Shown: positions 40,178-50,682 of the stretch, piece after piece
Layout: each line of letters opens with the position of its first letter
Position numbering within the stretch: position 1 is the first letter of the stretch
From: an uncultured bacterium
GTDB lineage: Bacteria > Krumholzibacteriota > Krumholzibacteriia > Krumholzibacteriales > Krumholzibacteriaceae
DNA length: 64,000 nt
Direction of reading: 5' to 3'
Assembly: GCA_963786935.1 (NCBI GenBank)
Contig: CAWBAN010000001.1
Location: forward strand, 1,408,001-1,472,000
The notes under the pieces: generated by a model
What the model saw: the letters and a program-made list of their open reading frames with translations, nothing else
Database searches by the model: none
Told to the model about the DNA's origin: nothing
Translations under genes and position numbers: made by a program

Positions 40178-40215
40178 AAGCCCGGGAGAACGGCGTTTCT
40201 CCCGGGCTTTTATTT
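40178..40215 (+). terminator. Intrinsic terminator of the ArsR operon
   Basis: AAGCCCGGGAGAA-loop-TTCTCCCGGGCTT followed by TTATTT. Confidence 0.85.
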
Positions 40216-40216
40216 C

Positions 40217-40291
40217 TGGTAGCCCCTAGGGGAGTCGAACCCCTGATTCTTGGCTGAGAACCAAGCGTCCTAACCACTAGACTAAGGGGCC
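40217..40291 (-). tRNA. tRNA-Glu(CTC)
   Basis: Anticodon arm CTTGG-TTCTCAG-CCAAG, GTTCGAC, CCA end. Confidence 0.95.
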
Positions 40292-40303
40292 ACCGTGTCG
40301 TTC

Positions 40304-40377
40304 TGGCTGGGGAGGAAGGAGTCGAACCCTCATTAACTGATCCAGAGTCAGGTGTCCTGCCATTAGACCACTCCCCA
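40304..40377 (-). tRNA. tRNA-Gln(CTG)
   Basis: TGGGGAG acceptor, anticodon loop CTCTGGA, GTTCGAC, GCCA end. Confidence 0.95.
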
Positions 40378-40493
40378 ATAGCTTCAAGAAATTATATAAT
40401 ACGCAGTCGGAAATCAACCCCTCTTTTTGCCAGGCCCCGGTATTCCCGGGGGAGAATCCGCGAGCCCCCGGCGCGGCCGCACCCCCGCGGCGA

Positions 40494-42080
40494 TCAAGGA
40501 TCCATCTTCGCGCCGAGCGCCGCCGCCGCGCGGAGCCGCTCGATCGTTTTCGCTTTCCCGATGAGCGTGATCACCCAGAATATGTCCGGCGACACGGTCT
40601 TGCCGGTGAGCGCCACCCTGCTCGGGTGGATGAGCTCCCCCGCCTCGATCTGGAGGCGGTCGACGAGCGTCCGGAGCGTCTCCTCGACCGACGATCGGTC
40701 GAAGTACCGGAGCTTCTCGTACTCGTCGGCGAGGGCGGAGAGCCGCGCGCTCGCCTCCCTCGTCTTGAGATGGTTGTTCACCGCCGCCTCGTCGCGCGCG
40801 TAGTCGTCGCGGTAAAAATACCTCATGAGCTCGGGGACGTCCTTGAGCAGCTTGAGCCGGTTTCCGAGCGCGTCGATGATGAGGGCGAGCCGGGGAATCT
40901 CCTTCGCGTAGGCCCGCTCGCCCCCGTCGGGCGCCTCGGCCCGCACCGGCTCCTTGCCCGGAACGAGCTTCAGATCGACGGGCCGGGACAGGTCCACCTC
41001 GAACGACGGCGGCAGGAGCCCCTCCTCCTCGAGCACGCCGTACACGAGCTCGATCTTTTTCGCCTGCGTGAGCGACTTGAAATGCTCGGCGTTGATCCAT
41101 TCCATCTTGCCGAGATCGAACACCGCCGGATTGCTCGAGACCTTCTTGAGCGAAAACGCCTCGATGAGCGCCTTGAGGGTGAAGAGCTCGCGCTTGCCGT
41201 CGTACGACCAGCCGAGGAGCGCGAGGTAGTTGACCATCGCCTCGCTCAGGTAGTGCTGCTCGCGGTACGAATCGACCGAGGTCGCGCCGTGGCGCTTGCT
41301 GAGCCTCGTCTTGTCGTGACCGAGGATCATCGGCAGATGCGCGAACTTCGGGAGCCGGTATCCGAGCGCGTCGAAGAGGTGCACCTGCCGCGGCGTGTTG
41401 GATATGTGATCGTCGCCGCGGATCACGTGGCTGATCTTCATGTGCCCGTCATCGACGACGACGGCGTAGTTGTAAGTCGGCCGCCCGTCCGACTTGATGA
41501 GGACGAAGTCGTCGAGATCGGCGTTCGCGAAGCTGAAATCCCCCCTGATGACGTCCCGGAAGCGCACCGCTCCCTCGAGCGGCATCTTGAACCTGACCAC
41601 GAACGGGAGGTCGCGGACGAGCTTCTCCTCGACGACGTCCGGCGGGAGCTCCCGGCAGGTCATCGTGTATTTCGGGGGCAGCTTCTTCGCTTCCTGCTCC
41701 GCCCGCGCCGCGTCGAGCTCCTCGCTCGTGCAGAAGCATCGGTACGCCTTCCCCTCGCGCAGCAGCCGGTCGACCTCGGAATGATACAGAACGCTCCGCG
41801 CGGATTGAATGTACGGCCCGTACTCCCCGCCGGCGTCGGGACCCTCGTCCCACTCGAGGCCGAGCCACCGGAGCCCGCGGAGGATGCCCTCGTACGACTC
41901 GCGCGTCGACCGCGCCGCGTCGGTGTCCTCGATGCGGAGCACGAACACGCCTTGATTCCTGCGGGCGTAGAGGAAGTTGTAGAGCGCCGTCCGCGCCCCG
42001 CCGACATGGAGGTGCCCCGTCGGGCTCGGGGCGAACCGCACCCGCACGGCGTCGTCGCGCTGTTCGATCAGATTCATCAT
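40494..42080 (-). CDS. gltX: Glutamate--tRNA ligase
   Basis: RFAPSPTG.LHVGG, LRIEDTD, CFC, RLSKRHG. Confidence 0.97.
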   Translation of the reverse strand: MMNLIEQRDDAVRVRFAPSPTGHLHVGGARTALYNFLYARRNQGVFVLRIEDTDAARSTRESYEGILRGLRWLGLEWDEGPDAGGEYGPYIQSARSVLYHSEVDRLLREGKAYRCFCTSEELDAARAEQEAKKLPPKYTMTCRELPPDVVEEKLVRDLPFVVRFKMPLEGAVRFRDVIRGDFSFANADLDDFVLIKSDGRPTYNYAVVVDDGHMKISHVIRGDDHISNTPRQVHLFDALGYRLPKFAHLPMILGHDKTRLSKRHGATSVDSYREQHYLSEAMVNYLALLGWSYDGKRELFTLKALIEAFSLKKVSSNPAVFDLGKMEWINAEHFKSLTQAKKIELVYGVLEEEGLLPPSFEVDLSRPVDLKLVPGKEPVRAEAPDGGERAYAKEIPRLALIIDALGNRLKLLKDVPELMRYFYRDDYARDEAAVNNHLKTREASARLSALADEYEKLRYFDRSSVEETLRTLVDRLQIEAGELIHPSRVALTGKTVSPDIFWVITLIGKAKTIERLRAAAALGAKMDP

Positions 42081-42096
42081 GCTCCCGTTCCCGCCC

Positions 42097-42954
42097 CTAC
42101 CGGTCGATCCGTATCCGGTCGACGAGCGCGCCGTAATTGATGCCGAACGCCTTCGTGCTCGCCTCGTCGAGCGAGGCCCCCTCGCCGAGCCGGTCGAGGA
42201 AGGAAAGAACCTGCTCCATCGAATGCTGCTGGAGCAGATTCTCGAGCATCCGATAGGCGGAGAAATACGCGATCCGCGAATCCGCGCGGTCCGTTCCCTC
42301 CGCGATCGCGCGCTCGATCGCCTCGGGGGTCGGATTCATATTACGCCCCTCGTACTGGAACTCCGGCTGCTGGATCCTGAGAATCTCCTCTTCGCCGGCG
42401 ATGCGCGAGGCGAGCGCCTCCTTGAGCCAGTACGGAGACCTCCCTCCCGAACGGCGGTTGATCGCGACCTGCGCGATGCGGTTGGCGATCCCCTGCGCGG
42501 CGATCTGGCGCTTGATCAGGATGTCGAACGGCTCGAAGATGATCGTATCCCCCTTGATGAACCCGTAGTTCCACCATTCCTTGTGCGTCATGAGGAGGTA
42601 TTCGTCGAGATCGGCCGTGCCGACGAGCACGATCTTCCCCGCGGCGGGACGGGCGATCTCGTTCGTGACTTTCTCGTAGCTCCCCTTGGCGAAGCCGAAG
42701 ACCTTGACCGCGAGGTAGCGGGCAATGTCGGACGAGGGATAGCGAAGCTCGATCTGCGCGTTCGCCATGACGCCCCCGTTGACGACATGATAGTCGTCGA
42801 CGGTGAGATGATACCCCTCGATCGGGGCCAGGAGGGAATCGGGCACACGGAATTTCTCGGAGCTCTCCGTGCCGTTCTTATCGCCTTTCCCGCAGCCGGA
42901 TGCCGCCAGCAGCGCGCACAGCGCCGCGATCACCGTCGTTCTCCGCATCATCAT
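42097..42954 (-). CDS. Lipoprotein, peptidase MA-like fold lacking HExxH
   Basis: Lipobox LAASGC; PYWLKEALA and AY..AY motifs present, but the HExxH position reads NRIAQ. Confidence 0.65.
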   Translation of the reverse strand: MMMRRTTVIAALCALLAASGCGKGDKNGTESSEKFRVPDSLLAPIEGYHLTVDDYHVVNGGVMANAQIELRYPSSDIARYLAVKVFGFAKGSYEKVTNEIARPAAGKIVLVGTADLDEYLLMTHKEWWNYGFIKGDTIIFEPFDILIKRQIAAQGIANRIAQVAINRRSGGRSPYWLKEALASRIAGEEEILRIQQPEFQYEGRNMNPTPEAIERAIAEGTDRADSRIAYFSAYRMLENLLQQHSMEQVLSFLDRLGEGASLDEASTKAFGINYGALVDRIRIDR

Positions 42955-43961
42955 CCTTTCTTTGCTCGTCCGCGCGGCCGGCGCGCGGTGAACGAGCGTT
43001 TGCGTATTTCCGCGCCGACCGTTTCGATGAGAAGCCCTCGTTCGTTCTCCCGCAGCTTCCGGAACTCCCCGCGCCCCGCCTCGTTCTCGCGCAGCCAGGT
43101 CCGGGCGAACTCGCCGCTCTCGATCCGCTCGTAGAGCCGCTCCATCTTCCGCTCGACGCCCTCGTCGATGAGATCCTCGCCGAACTTGAGGCTCCCGTAC
43201 GCCGCGGTGCCGCTGATGACGTCCCGCATGCCCGCGAGCCCGAGGCGCGAAAACAGGTCGACGATGATCTTCACCTCGTGGAAACACTCGAAATACGCCA
43301 CCTCGGGGCTGTACCCCTTTTTCACGAGCACGTCGAAGGCGCGTTTCATGAGGGCGGTCACGCCGCCGCAGAGCACGGCCTGCTCGCCGAAAATATCGCT
43401 CACGGCCTCCTCGCGGAAGCTCGTCTCGTACGCGCCGGCGCGGAGGCACCCGAGCGCGCCCGCGACGGCGAGCGCGATCTTCTTCGCGTCCCCCGAGACG
43501 TCATGGCCGACGCCCACGAAGCACGGGAGCCCGCTCCCCTCGAGGTACGACTCGCGGAGCCTTCCCCCCTGCCCCTTCGGAGCGACGAGCAGACAATCGA
43601 ACGGGCCGGCCTCGATCTCGCCGAACGCGACGGCGAAGCCGTGCGCGAAGCACAGGGCCGCGCCGGGCCTGAGCGCGTCCCGGATCTCGTCGCGGTACAC
43701 CGCGCCCTGCGCCTCGTCGGGCAGCAGCACCATCAGGATGTCCGCCCGCCGGGCCGCTTCGGCGACGGTCGCGACCTCGAAACCGTCCTCCCGCGCGCTT
43801 TTCCAGCCGGCCTTTCCCTCGCGGGCGCCCACGATGACCCTGCAGCCGCTGTCGCGGAGATTCAGCGCTTGGGGACGCCCCTGGTTCCCGTATCCGGCGA
43901 CGGCGATCGTCCTGCCGGAGAGCGCGCCGGGGTCGGAGTCCTTTTCCATATATATGCGCAC
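42951..43961 (-). CDS. ilvC: Ketol-acid reductoisomerase
   Basis: GYGNQG..QALNLRDSG, LLPDE, FAHGF, VAPKG, DIFGEQAVLCGG, AYFEC; GTG start MRIYMEKD. Confidence 0.95.
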   Translation of the reverse strand: MRIYMEKDSDPGALSGRTIAVAGYGNQGRPQALNLRDSGCRVIVGAREGKAGWKSAREDGFEVATVAEAARRADILMVLLPDEAQGAVYRDEIRDALRPGAALCFAHGFAVAFGEIEAGPFDCLLVAPKGQGGRLRESYLEGSGLPCFVGVGHDVSGDAKKIALAVAGALGCLRAGAYETSFREEAVSDIFGEQAVLCGGVTALMKRAFDVLVKKGYSPEVAYFECFHEVKIIVDLFSRLGLAGMRDVISGTAAYGSLKFGEDLIDEGVERKMERLYERIESGEFARTWLRENEAGRGEFRKLRENERGLLIETVGAEIRKRSFTARRPRGRAKKG

Positions 43962-44139
43962 GCGATGCTCCGTTGTTCGCATCTTGCGAATCAGTAAATA
44001 TTTATAACAGAATAGCGAACCGGTCGCAAGGGGGATGTGCCGGAACGGAGGCGCGCCGCCCGGGCGACGGCCCCCCTGATCAGGCGCGGAGCTTTTCCAT
44101 TGACAGAAGCGCTTTTTCACCTTAATTTGGGGCGGAAGT

Positions 44140-44215
44140 GGCGGTGTAGCTCAGCTGGTAGAGCAGGGGAATCATAATCTCTGTGTCCGGGGTTCGAGTC
44201 CCTGCACCGCCACCA
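44140..44215 (+). tRNA. tRNA with CAU anticodon (elongator Met more likely than Ile2)
   Basis: GGCGGTG acceptor with paired G1:C72 (so not initiator), loop ATCATAA, GTTCGAG, CCA; TTGACA upstream at 44100. Confidence 0.9.
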
Positions 44216-44263
44216 GATTTATATTCAGACCCTTACGCTCCGCATCTCAAAGTCAGCATTAAG

Positions 44264-45646
44264 ATGAGCTGCATCGAGAAGGTCAGGGATTACATCCGCG
44301 CCCGCCGCTTGATCGCGCCCGGCACGAGGGTGCTCGCGGCCGTTTCGGGCGGTCCCGATTCGATGGCGCTCATGGGGATTCTCTCGGATCTCGCCGCCGA
44401 GCTGCGCATCGAGCTCGCCGCCGCGCACTTCGACCATGGAATCCGCGCCGAGGCGGGCCGCGAGCGCTCGCTCGTCGAACGGGCGGCGCGCCGGCTGGAG
44501 ATTCCGCTGTTTCTGGGCTCGGGCAGCGTCCCCGCGGAGGCGCGCCGGTCGAAGAAGGGGATCGAGGAGACGGCGCGCATCCTCAGATACCGCTTTCTGG
44601 ACGAGACGGCGCGCGCCTGGAGCGCCGGCTCCGTCGCGCTCGGGCACAGCAGGGACGACCAGGTCGAAACGATCCTCCTCCATATTATCAGGGGCTCGGG
44701 GTGGCGCGGCCTCACGGGCATCTCTCCCCGGCGCGGGCTCTTCGTGCGACCGCTCCTCCCGTGCGGGCGGACGGAGCTCAGGGCGTACGCGAGAAGCCGC
44801 CGCATCCCGTATGCGATCGACCGGAGCAATCTGGATAACCGGTTCCTCCGCAACAGGATCAGGAACCGGCTCATCCCGTCACTGGAGCGGGGCTACAATC
44901 CCGCCGCGGCGGAGGCGCTGCTCCGCCTCGGCGAGAACATCGCCGAAGGATGGGAAGCCCTCGAGAAACCGCTTCTCGATCTCATCCCCCGCGCCGAGGC
45001 GTCCGGCGAGGTCGTCTTCCCGGTCGCGAAGATGGCGCCGCTGACCGATTTCCAGCTTTATCTGCTCCTCGATCTCGCGCTGCGCGAGCGCTTCGGCGTG
45101 ATGCAGGACGTCGAACGGGCGCACTTCGACGCCGCCAAGCGCCTGATCCGCGCGGGGCGCTCGGGCAGGCACGTGCGCTTCCCGCACGGAATCGCCGCTC
45201 GCATCGAGCACGGGAGCCTCGTCATCTCGAAAAGCGAGGCGCCCCGCCCGGCCCCGGGCGAGGTGATCATCGCCGGCCCCGGCACGCATCCGCTTCCCTG
45301 GTGGAATCTCTCGGCGGCGGTCGAGCGGACCGACGCGAGGCGCATCGATCCGCGGGGAAGCGCCGCGGAAGGTTTCTTCGCCGGCGTCGCATTTCCCGTT
45401 CGCGTCAGGGGAAAGCGACCGGGGGACCGAATCGTCCCGTTCGGCATGAAGGGGAGCAGGAAGCTGAGCGACCTGTTCATCGACCGCAAGGTGCCGCTCT
45501 CGCGGCGCGGCGCCATACCCGTGTTCGAGGACGCCCGGGGCGTTTTCTGGATTCCCGGCGTCGCCTCCGCTGAGCGGACGAGGATCACTCCGGGGGCGCG
45601 GCGCACACTCCGCATAAAACTTTTTTCGGAGGGCGGCAAAAAATGA
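44264..45646 (+). CDS. tilS: tRNA(Ile)-lysidine synthetase
   Basis: AVSGGPDSMAL, HFDHGIR, GHSRDDQVET, RNRIR, C-terminal GSRKLSDLFIDRKVP. Confidence 0.95.
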   Translation: MSCIEKVRDYIRARRLIAPGTRVLAAVSGGPDSMALMGILSDLAAELRIELAAAHFDHGIRAEAGRERSLVERAARRLEIPLFLGSGSVPAEARRSKKGIEETARILRYRFLDETARAWSAGSVALGHSRDDQVETILLHIIRGSGWRGLTGISPRRGLFVRPLLPCGRTELRAYARSRRIPYAIDRSNLDNRFLRNRIRNRLIPSLERGYNPAAAEALLRLGENIAEGWEALEKPLLDLIPRAEASGEVVFPVAKMAPLTDFQLYLLLDLALRERFGVMQDVERAHFDAAKRLIRAGRSGRHVRFPHGIAARIEHGSLVISKSEAPRPAPGEVIIAGPGTHPLPWWNLSAAVERTDARRIDPRGSAAEGFFAGVAFPVRVRGKRPGDRIVPFGMKGSRKLSDLFIDRKVPLSRRGAIPVFEDARGVFWIPGVASAERTRITPGARRTLRIKLFSEGGKK

Positions 45647-45726
45647 TGTCCTCGCGGGAGGCTTGTGATAAACTTCACGGATGAAAGCGGGTATCGTCCC
45701 TGGATCGAACACGGAAAGGCCGCGCG

Positions 45727-46338
45727 ATGCAGATCGGCAGAGTGCTCATAACGCGGGAAGAGATCGAAACGCGGGTCTGCGAGATCGCGGACCAGATCTC
45801 CGCGGATTACGCGGATAGGAATCCCGTTCTCATAAGCCTCCTCAAAGGAGGCTTTATTTTTCTCGCCGATCTCGTGCGGCATATCACGATCCCTCACGAA
45901 GTCGACTTCATCACCGTTCACAGCTACCGCGAGGGCTTCACGAGAAGCGAGCGGATCGAGATCCTGAACGATCTGAAGCGGAGCGTGAGCGACCGCGACG
46001 TCATCATCATCGAGGGAATCGTCGACACCGGCCACACGCTCTCCTTCCTCGAACGCATGCTCGAGGATCGCCGCGTGCGCAGCCTGCGCGTCTGCACGCT
46101 GCTGGACAAGCCGTCGTGCCGGGAGATCACCGTTCCCGTCGATTACGTCGGATTCAAGGTGCCCGACGTCTTCGTCGTCGGCTACGGCCTCGATTTCATG
46201 GAGCGGTTCAGGAATCTCTCCTACATCGCCGAGCTCACGGCCGCGCCTGTCGCCCCCGCCGCCGCCGCGCCCGAAACGAGCCATGCCGGCGCGGCTCCCG
46301 AAGCGAAGGAAGCCGGCACGGCGGCCGGGGCGAAATGA
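45727..46338 (+). CDS. hpt: Hypoxanthine phosphoribosyltransferase
   Basis: LKGGFIFLADL, IVDTGHTL, LLDK, FVVGYGLD. Confidence 0.93.
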   Translation: MQIGRVLITREEIETRVCEIADQISADYADRNPVLISLLKGGFIFLADLVRHITIPHEVDFITVHSYREGFTRSERIEILNDLKRSVSDRDVIIIEGIVDTGHTLSFLERMLEDRRVRSLRVCTLLDKPSCREITVPVDYVGFKVPDVFVVGYGLDFMERFRNLSYIAELTAAPVAPAAAAPETSHAGAAPEAKEAGTAAGAK

Positions 46339-46404
46339 AATCCCCGTTATGGACAAATCCACGCTTTTTCGTTATGTTCCGGATTGAGCCGGAAACGGAT
46401 TATT

Positions 46405-48408
46405 ATGACGCAAGACAAGCGGGACAAGAGTAAGCCGCGCAAGGAGCAGCAGATGCCGAAGAAATGGCCTCCGTCCGGTTCCTTGCCGGGCCCCCAGCGG
46501 ACCTCGCGTTCGATGGCGCTCTGGGTGATGGTCCTCATCATCATGTTCATGGCCTACCTCCTGTTCAACTCGAACAAGGAGCGGGAGTGGACCCTCACCT
46601 ACACGCAGTTCATCAAGCAGGTCGAGAAGGGGAACGTCGCGCGCCTCAAGATCAAGGGGCTCGAGCTCCGGGGGAAGCTCGTCGGCGAGATCGTGATCCC
46701 CATGGGAAACGGCGACGCCACCATCTCGAGCTTCCGCGTCATCCTGCCGGCCGAGGATAAGGATCTCCCCGACAAGATCTGGGCGAAGAACCCCGACGCC
46801 CAGATCGAAGCGGAGTATCCGGGCAGCAGCGTCTGGGTGAAAGCGCTCGCCACGGCGCTCCCGCTCCTCGCGCTCTTCGTGCTCTGGATCATCCTCATGC
46901 GCCAGATGCAGTCGGGCGGCAACAAGGCGTTCTCGTTCGGCAAGAGCAAGGCGAAGATGATCGACGCCGGGCTTCCGCGCGTGACCTTCGCCGACGTCGC
47001 CGGCGCCGACGAGGCCAAGGAGGAGCTCCGCGAGATCATCGAATTCCTGCGCGATCCGAAAAAATTCCAGAAGCTCGGGGGACGGATTCCGAAGGGAGTC
47101 ATCCTCCTCGGACCGCCCGGCACCGGCAAGACGCTCCTCGCGAAGGCGGTCGCCGGAGAGGCGGGCGTGCCGTTCTTCAGCATGAGCGGCTCCGATTTCG
47201 TCGAGATGTTCGTCGGCGTCGGCGCGAGCCGCGTGCGCGACCTCTTCGACAAGGGAAAGAAGCACGCCCCCTGCATCCTCTTCATCGACGAGCTCGACGC
47301 GGTGGGCCGACACCGCGGCGCCGGGCTCGGGGGCGGGCACGACGAGCGCGAGCAGACGCTGAACCAGCTCCTCGTCGAGATGGACGGATTCGAGACCAAC
47401 GAGGGGGTCATCCTCCTCGCCGCGACGAACCGCCCCGACGTGCTCGATCCGGCGCTCCTGCGCCCCGGACGATTCGACCGCCGGGTCGTCGTCGACATGC
47501 CGGACCTCAAGGGGCGTCTCGGGATATTCAAGGTGCACACGCGCAAAGTGCCGCTCGCGGACGACGTCGATCTCGACACGCTCGCGCGCGGAACGCCCGG
47601 CTTTTCGGGCGCCGACATCGCCAACATGGTGAACGAGGCGGCGCTGCTGGCCGCGCGGCGCGACCGGGACAAGGTCATGATGGAGGATTTCGACGAGTCG
47701 AAGGACAAGGTCATGCTGGGACCCGAGCGCAAGAGCCGCATCATGAAGGAGGACGAACGGCGGATGAGCGCCTACCACGAGGCGGGGCACGCCGTCGTCG
47801 GCATGCACCTCGAGCACGCCGATCCGCTCCACAAGGTGAGCATCATCCCCCGCGGCCGGACGGGCGGCGTCACCTCGTTCCTCCCGACGGACGACCGGCA
47901 CGAGGTCTCGCGCGAATGGTGCATCGATTTCATCACGATATCGCTCGGCGGACGCGTCGCCGAGGAGCTCGTTCTCAGCCGGATCGGGACGGGGGCGCAG
48001 GAGGACATCAAGCAGGCCTCGCGCCTCGTCCGCAAGATGGTCATGCAGTGGGGCATGAGCAGCCACATGGGACCGATCGCGTACGGCGACCAGGACGAGC
48101 AGATCTTCCTCGGCAAGGAGATCGCCGTGCGGCGCGACTACAGCGAAGAAACCGCGCGCGAGATCGACAACGAGGTGCGCACGCTCATGAACGAATGCCA
48201 TGAACGGGCCCGGCGCCTCCTCGCGAAGCACCTGGACGATCTCCACAAGGTCGCCGCCGCGCTCCTCGAGCGCGAATCGCTCGACGCGGAGGACATCAGG
48301 ATCCTCCTCAACGACGGGACCCTGCCGCCGGCCAAGCGGAATTCGAATAACGGCGGCGCGGCGAAACCCGCATCCGGCGACGTCGCGCCGGACGGATCCG
48401 CCGCGTAG
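46405..48408 (+). CDS. ftsH: ATP-dependent zinc metalloprotease FtsH
   Basis: Two TM helices, [26 protein letters not shown]. Confidence 0.98.
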   Translation: MTQDKRDKSKPRKEQQMPKKWPPSGSLPGPQRTSRSMALWVMVLIIMFMAYLLFNSNKEREWTLTYTQFIKQVEKGNVARLKIKGLELRGKLVGEIVIPMGNGDATISSFRVILPAEDKDLPDKIWAKNPDAQIEAEYPGSSVWVKALATALPLLALFVLWIILMRQMQSGGNKAFSFGKSKAKMIDAGLPRVTFADVAGADEAKEELREIIEFLRDPKKFQKLGGRIPKGVILLGPPGTGKTLLAKAVAGEAGVPFFSMSGSDFVEMFVGVGASRVRDLFDKGKKHAPCILFIDELDAVGRHRGAGLGGGHDEREQTLNQLLVEMDGFETNEGVILLAATNRPDVLDPALLRPGRFDRRVVVDMPDLKGRLGIFKVHTRKVPLADDVDLDTLARGTPGFSGADIANMVNEAALLAARRDRDKVMMEDFDESKDKVMLGPERKSRIMKEDERRMSAYHEAGHAVVGMHLEHADPLHKVSIIPRGRTGGVTSFLPTDDRHEVSREWCIDFITISLGGRVAEELVLSRIGTGAQEDIKQASRLVRKMVMQWGMSSHMGPIAYGDQDEQIFLGKEIAVRRDYSEETAREIDNEVRTLMNECHERARRLLAKHLDDLHKVAAALLERESLDAEDIRILLNDGTLPPAKRNSNNGGAAKPASGDVAPDGSAA

Positions 48409-48458
48409 CTCCCGCGCCGGACGGCGCCGCGGCGCCCTTCACGGACACGTATCGAATT

Positions 48459-49673
48459 ATGCGCTATCCTCTCCGTTTGATTTCTTCCCGCCCGAGAGGC
48501 GCCCTCGCGCGCGCCATGGCCGAAGCGGGCGTCGATCCGCACGGCGTGGCGATCATCGAGCGCAAGGCCGAGACGATCGTCGTGCGCGTCGATCGCGTCC
48601 CGGCGCCGGTTGCGAACATCATCAAACAGCAGCTCCTCTCGATGGGCGGGGACGCCGCGGTGCACCGGGACGCGATCACCGGGGGCCCGCCGCAGTCGAG
48701 CGTCTACATCGTCGCGGATCGCGCGAGGCTCGCGCAGCTTCCCGCGAAGCTCGCCCGGCAGCCCTTCGGCCTCGCCGAGCTCGGCGCCGGCATCGAGCGG
48801 CTGCTCGACGCGACGGAGCGGCCGCCGTCGAGCGTCCCCCTCCCCCGCGGATCGATCGATCTTGCGAACGGACCGGTCGTGACGGGCGTGCTCAACGTCA
48901 CCCCGGACAGCTTCTCCGACGGCGGCGCCTATCTCGATCCCGGCGCCGCCCGCGAGCGCTCACTCGAGATGATCGAGGAGGGGGCGCGCGTCATCGACAT
49001 CGGCGGCGAGTCGACCCGCCCCGGCGCCGCGGAGCTGGGCATCGAGACGGAGCTCGCCCGCGTGATGCCGGTGCTCAAGGCGCTCGGCGGCGCGATCTCC
49101 GTTCCCCTTTCCATCGACACGAGGCACGCGGCCGTCGCGCGGGCGGCGATCGACGCGGGGGCGTCGATCGTCAACGACGTCAGCGGCCTCCGCCACGACC
49201 CGGCCATGATCGACGCGGCGCGCGAATCGGGAGCCGCCGTCGTCGTCATGCATATGCTCGGGACGCCGGAGACGATGCAGGCGAATCCGAGCTACGCGGA
49301 CGTCACCGGCGAGATCATATCGTGGTTCGAGGGGCGGACGGCCGAGCTGGTCCGGGCCGGCATCGATCGCGCGAGGATCATCGTCGATCCGGGCATCGGC
49401 TTCGGAAAAAGGCTCGAGGACAACCTCGCGCTCTTGAACGAGCTCGGGGATTTCGCCGGCCTCGGGTTTCCCGTCATGGTCGGCTATTCGAGAAAGTCGT
49501 TCCTCGGGAAGATCACCGGCCGCGAGCCGTCGCGGCGGCTTCCGGGCGGGCTCGCCGCGCTCGCGAAGTGCGTCGCCGGCGGCGCGTCGTTCATCCGCGT
49601 CCACGACGTCGCGGAAACGGTCGATTTCCTGAAGGTCTGGAACACGATAGAAGGCGGGGAGGGCGGCCGATGA
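48459..49673 (+). CDS. folP: Dihydropteroate synthase with N-terminal extension
   Basis: LNVTPDSFSDGG, GGESTRPG, SIDT, DPGIGFGK, SRKS, RVHDV. Confidence 0.95.
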   Translation: MRYPLRLISSRPRGALARAMAEAGVDPHGVAIIERKAETIVVRVDRVPAPVANIIKQQLLSMGGDAAVHRDAITGGPPQSSVYIVADRARLAQLPAKLARQPFGLAELGAGIERLLDATERPPSSVPLPRGSIDLANGPVVTGVLNVTPDSFSDGGAYLDPGAARERSLEMIEEGARVIDIGGESTRPGAAELGIETELARVMPVLKALGGAISVPLSIDTRHAAVARAAIDAGASIVNDVSGLRHDPAMIDAARESGAAVVVMHMLGTPETMQANPSYADVTGEIISWFEGRTAELVRAGIDRARIIVDPGIGFGKRLEDNLALLNELGDFAGLGFPVMVGYSRKSFLGKITGREPSRRLPGGLAALAKCVAGGASFIRVHDVAETVDFLKVWNTIEGGEGGR

Positions 49674-50446
49674 GCGCGTTTCATCTCAACCTGACGATCG
49701 ACATTCTCGACATCATCATCGTCGCGTTTCTCTTCTACCGGCTCTTCCTCCTCATCAGGGGAACGAGAGCCGCGCAGATGTTCATCGGCCTCTTTCTCCT
49801 CATCGTCGTCTCCTTCGTGGCGCGATGGCTCAACATGAACGCGCTGAACTGGATCCTCTCGAGCCTCAAGACGGTCTGGGTCGTCGCCTTCGTGATCCTG
49901 TTCCAGCCGGAGCTCCGGCGCGCCCTGTCGCTCCTCGGGCAGAACCGCATCATCGGGTATTTCCTCAAGGTCGAGGAGTCGAGCACGGTGAGCGAGATCG
50001 TCAAGGCGTGCCACCAGCTCACCCAGGCCGGCCTCGGCGCGATCATCGTCATCGAGAAGGACGTCGGCCTGCGGAACTATATCGAGACGGGGACGACGCT
50101 CGACGCCCGCGTCTCGGCCGAGCTGATCGTCACGATCTTCACCGCGCCGAGCCCGCTCCACGACGGCGCCGTCATCATCGAGAAGAACCGGATCGTGGCC
50201 GCCGGCTGCATCCTGCCTCTGTCCCAGAATCCGCGCCTCACGTCGTCGCTCGGCACGAGGCACCGCGCCGGGCTCGGCCTGAGCGAGGAAACCGACGCGG
50301 TCGTCGTCATCGCGAGCGAGGAAACGAAGACCATCTCGCTCGCGGTCGGCGGCAAGCTCAAGCGCAAGCTCGATATCAACACGCTCCGTAACGATCTCGT
50401 CGGCATGATCGGCATCAAGGCCGAGGACACGGCTTCCGCTTCCTGA
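49670..50446 (+). CDS. dacA: Diadenylate cyclase CdaA/DacA
   Basis: Three TM helices, FQPELRRAL, PLHDGA, GTRHRA. Confidence 0.95.
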   Translation: MSAFHLNLTIDILDIIIVAFLFYRLFLLIRGTRAAQMFIGLFLLIVVSFVARWLNMNALNWILSSLKTVWVVAFVILFQPELRRALSLLGQNRIIGYFLKVEESSTVSEIVKACHQLTQAGLGAIIVIEKDVGLRNYIETGTTLDARVSAELIVTIFTAPSPLHDGAVIIEKNRIVAAGCILPLSQNPRLTSSLGTRHRAGLGLSEETDAVVVIASEETKTISLAVGGKLKRKLDINTLRNDLVGMIGIKAEDTASAS

Positions 50447-50682
50447 AAAAGGGAGGAGTGCAGGCCTTCCGCATCCCCACATCCGCCTCACCGCCGGCCG
50501 ACACTCCTCTTCCCTTCAGACTCGATCGCTTCCCGGACAGGCAAAAGGAATGCCGCCGCGCGTCCGCGACGCGCGAATTTCCAATCGATGGCGCGGGAAT
50601 GAGTTGCGGAAGGGGCCGCCTCGAACGAACGGCGTGGATGGGCCGGCGGCGCGTGAACGCCGGCGACGCGGCGCGCACGGCG

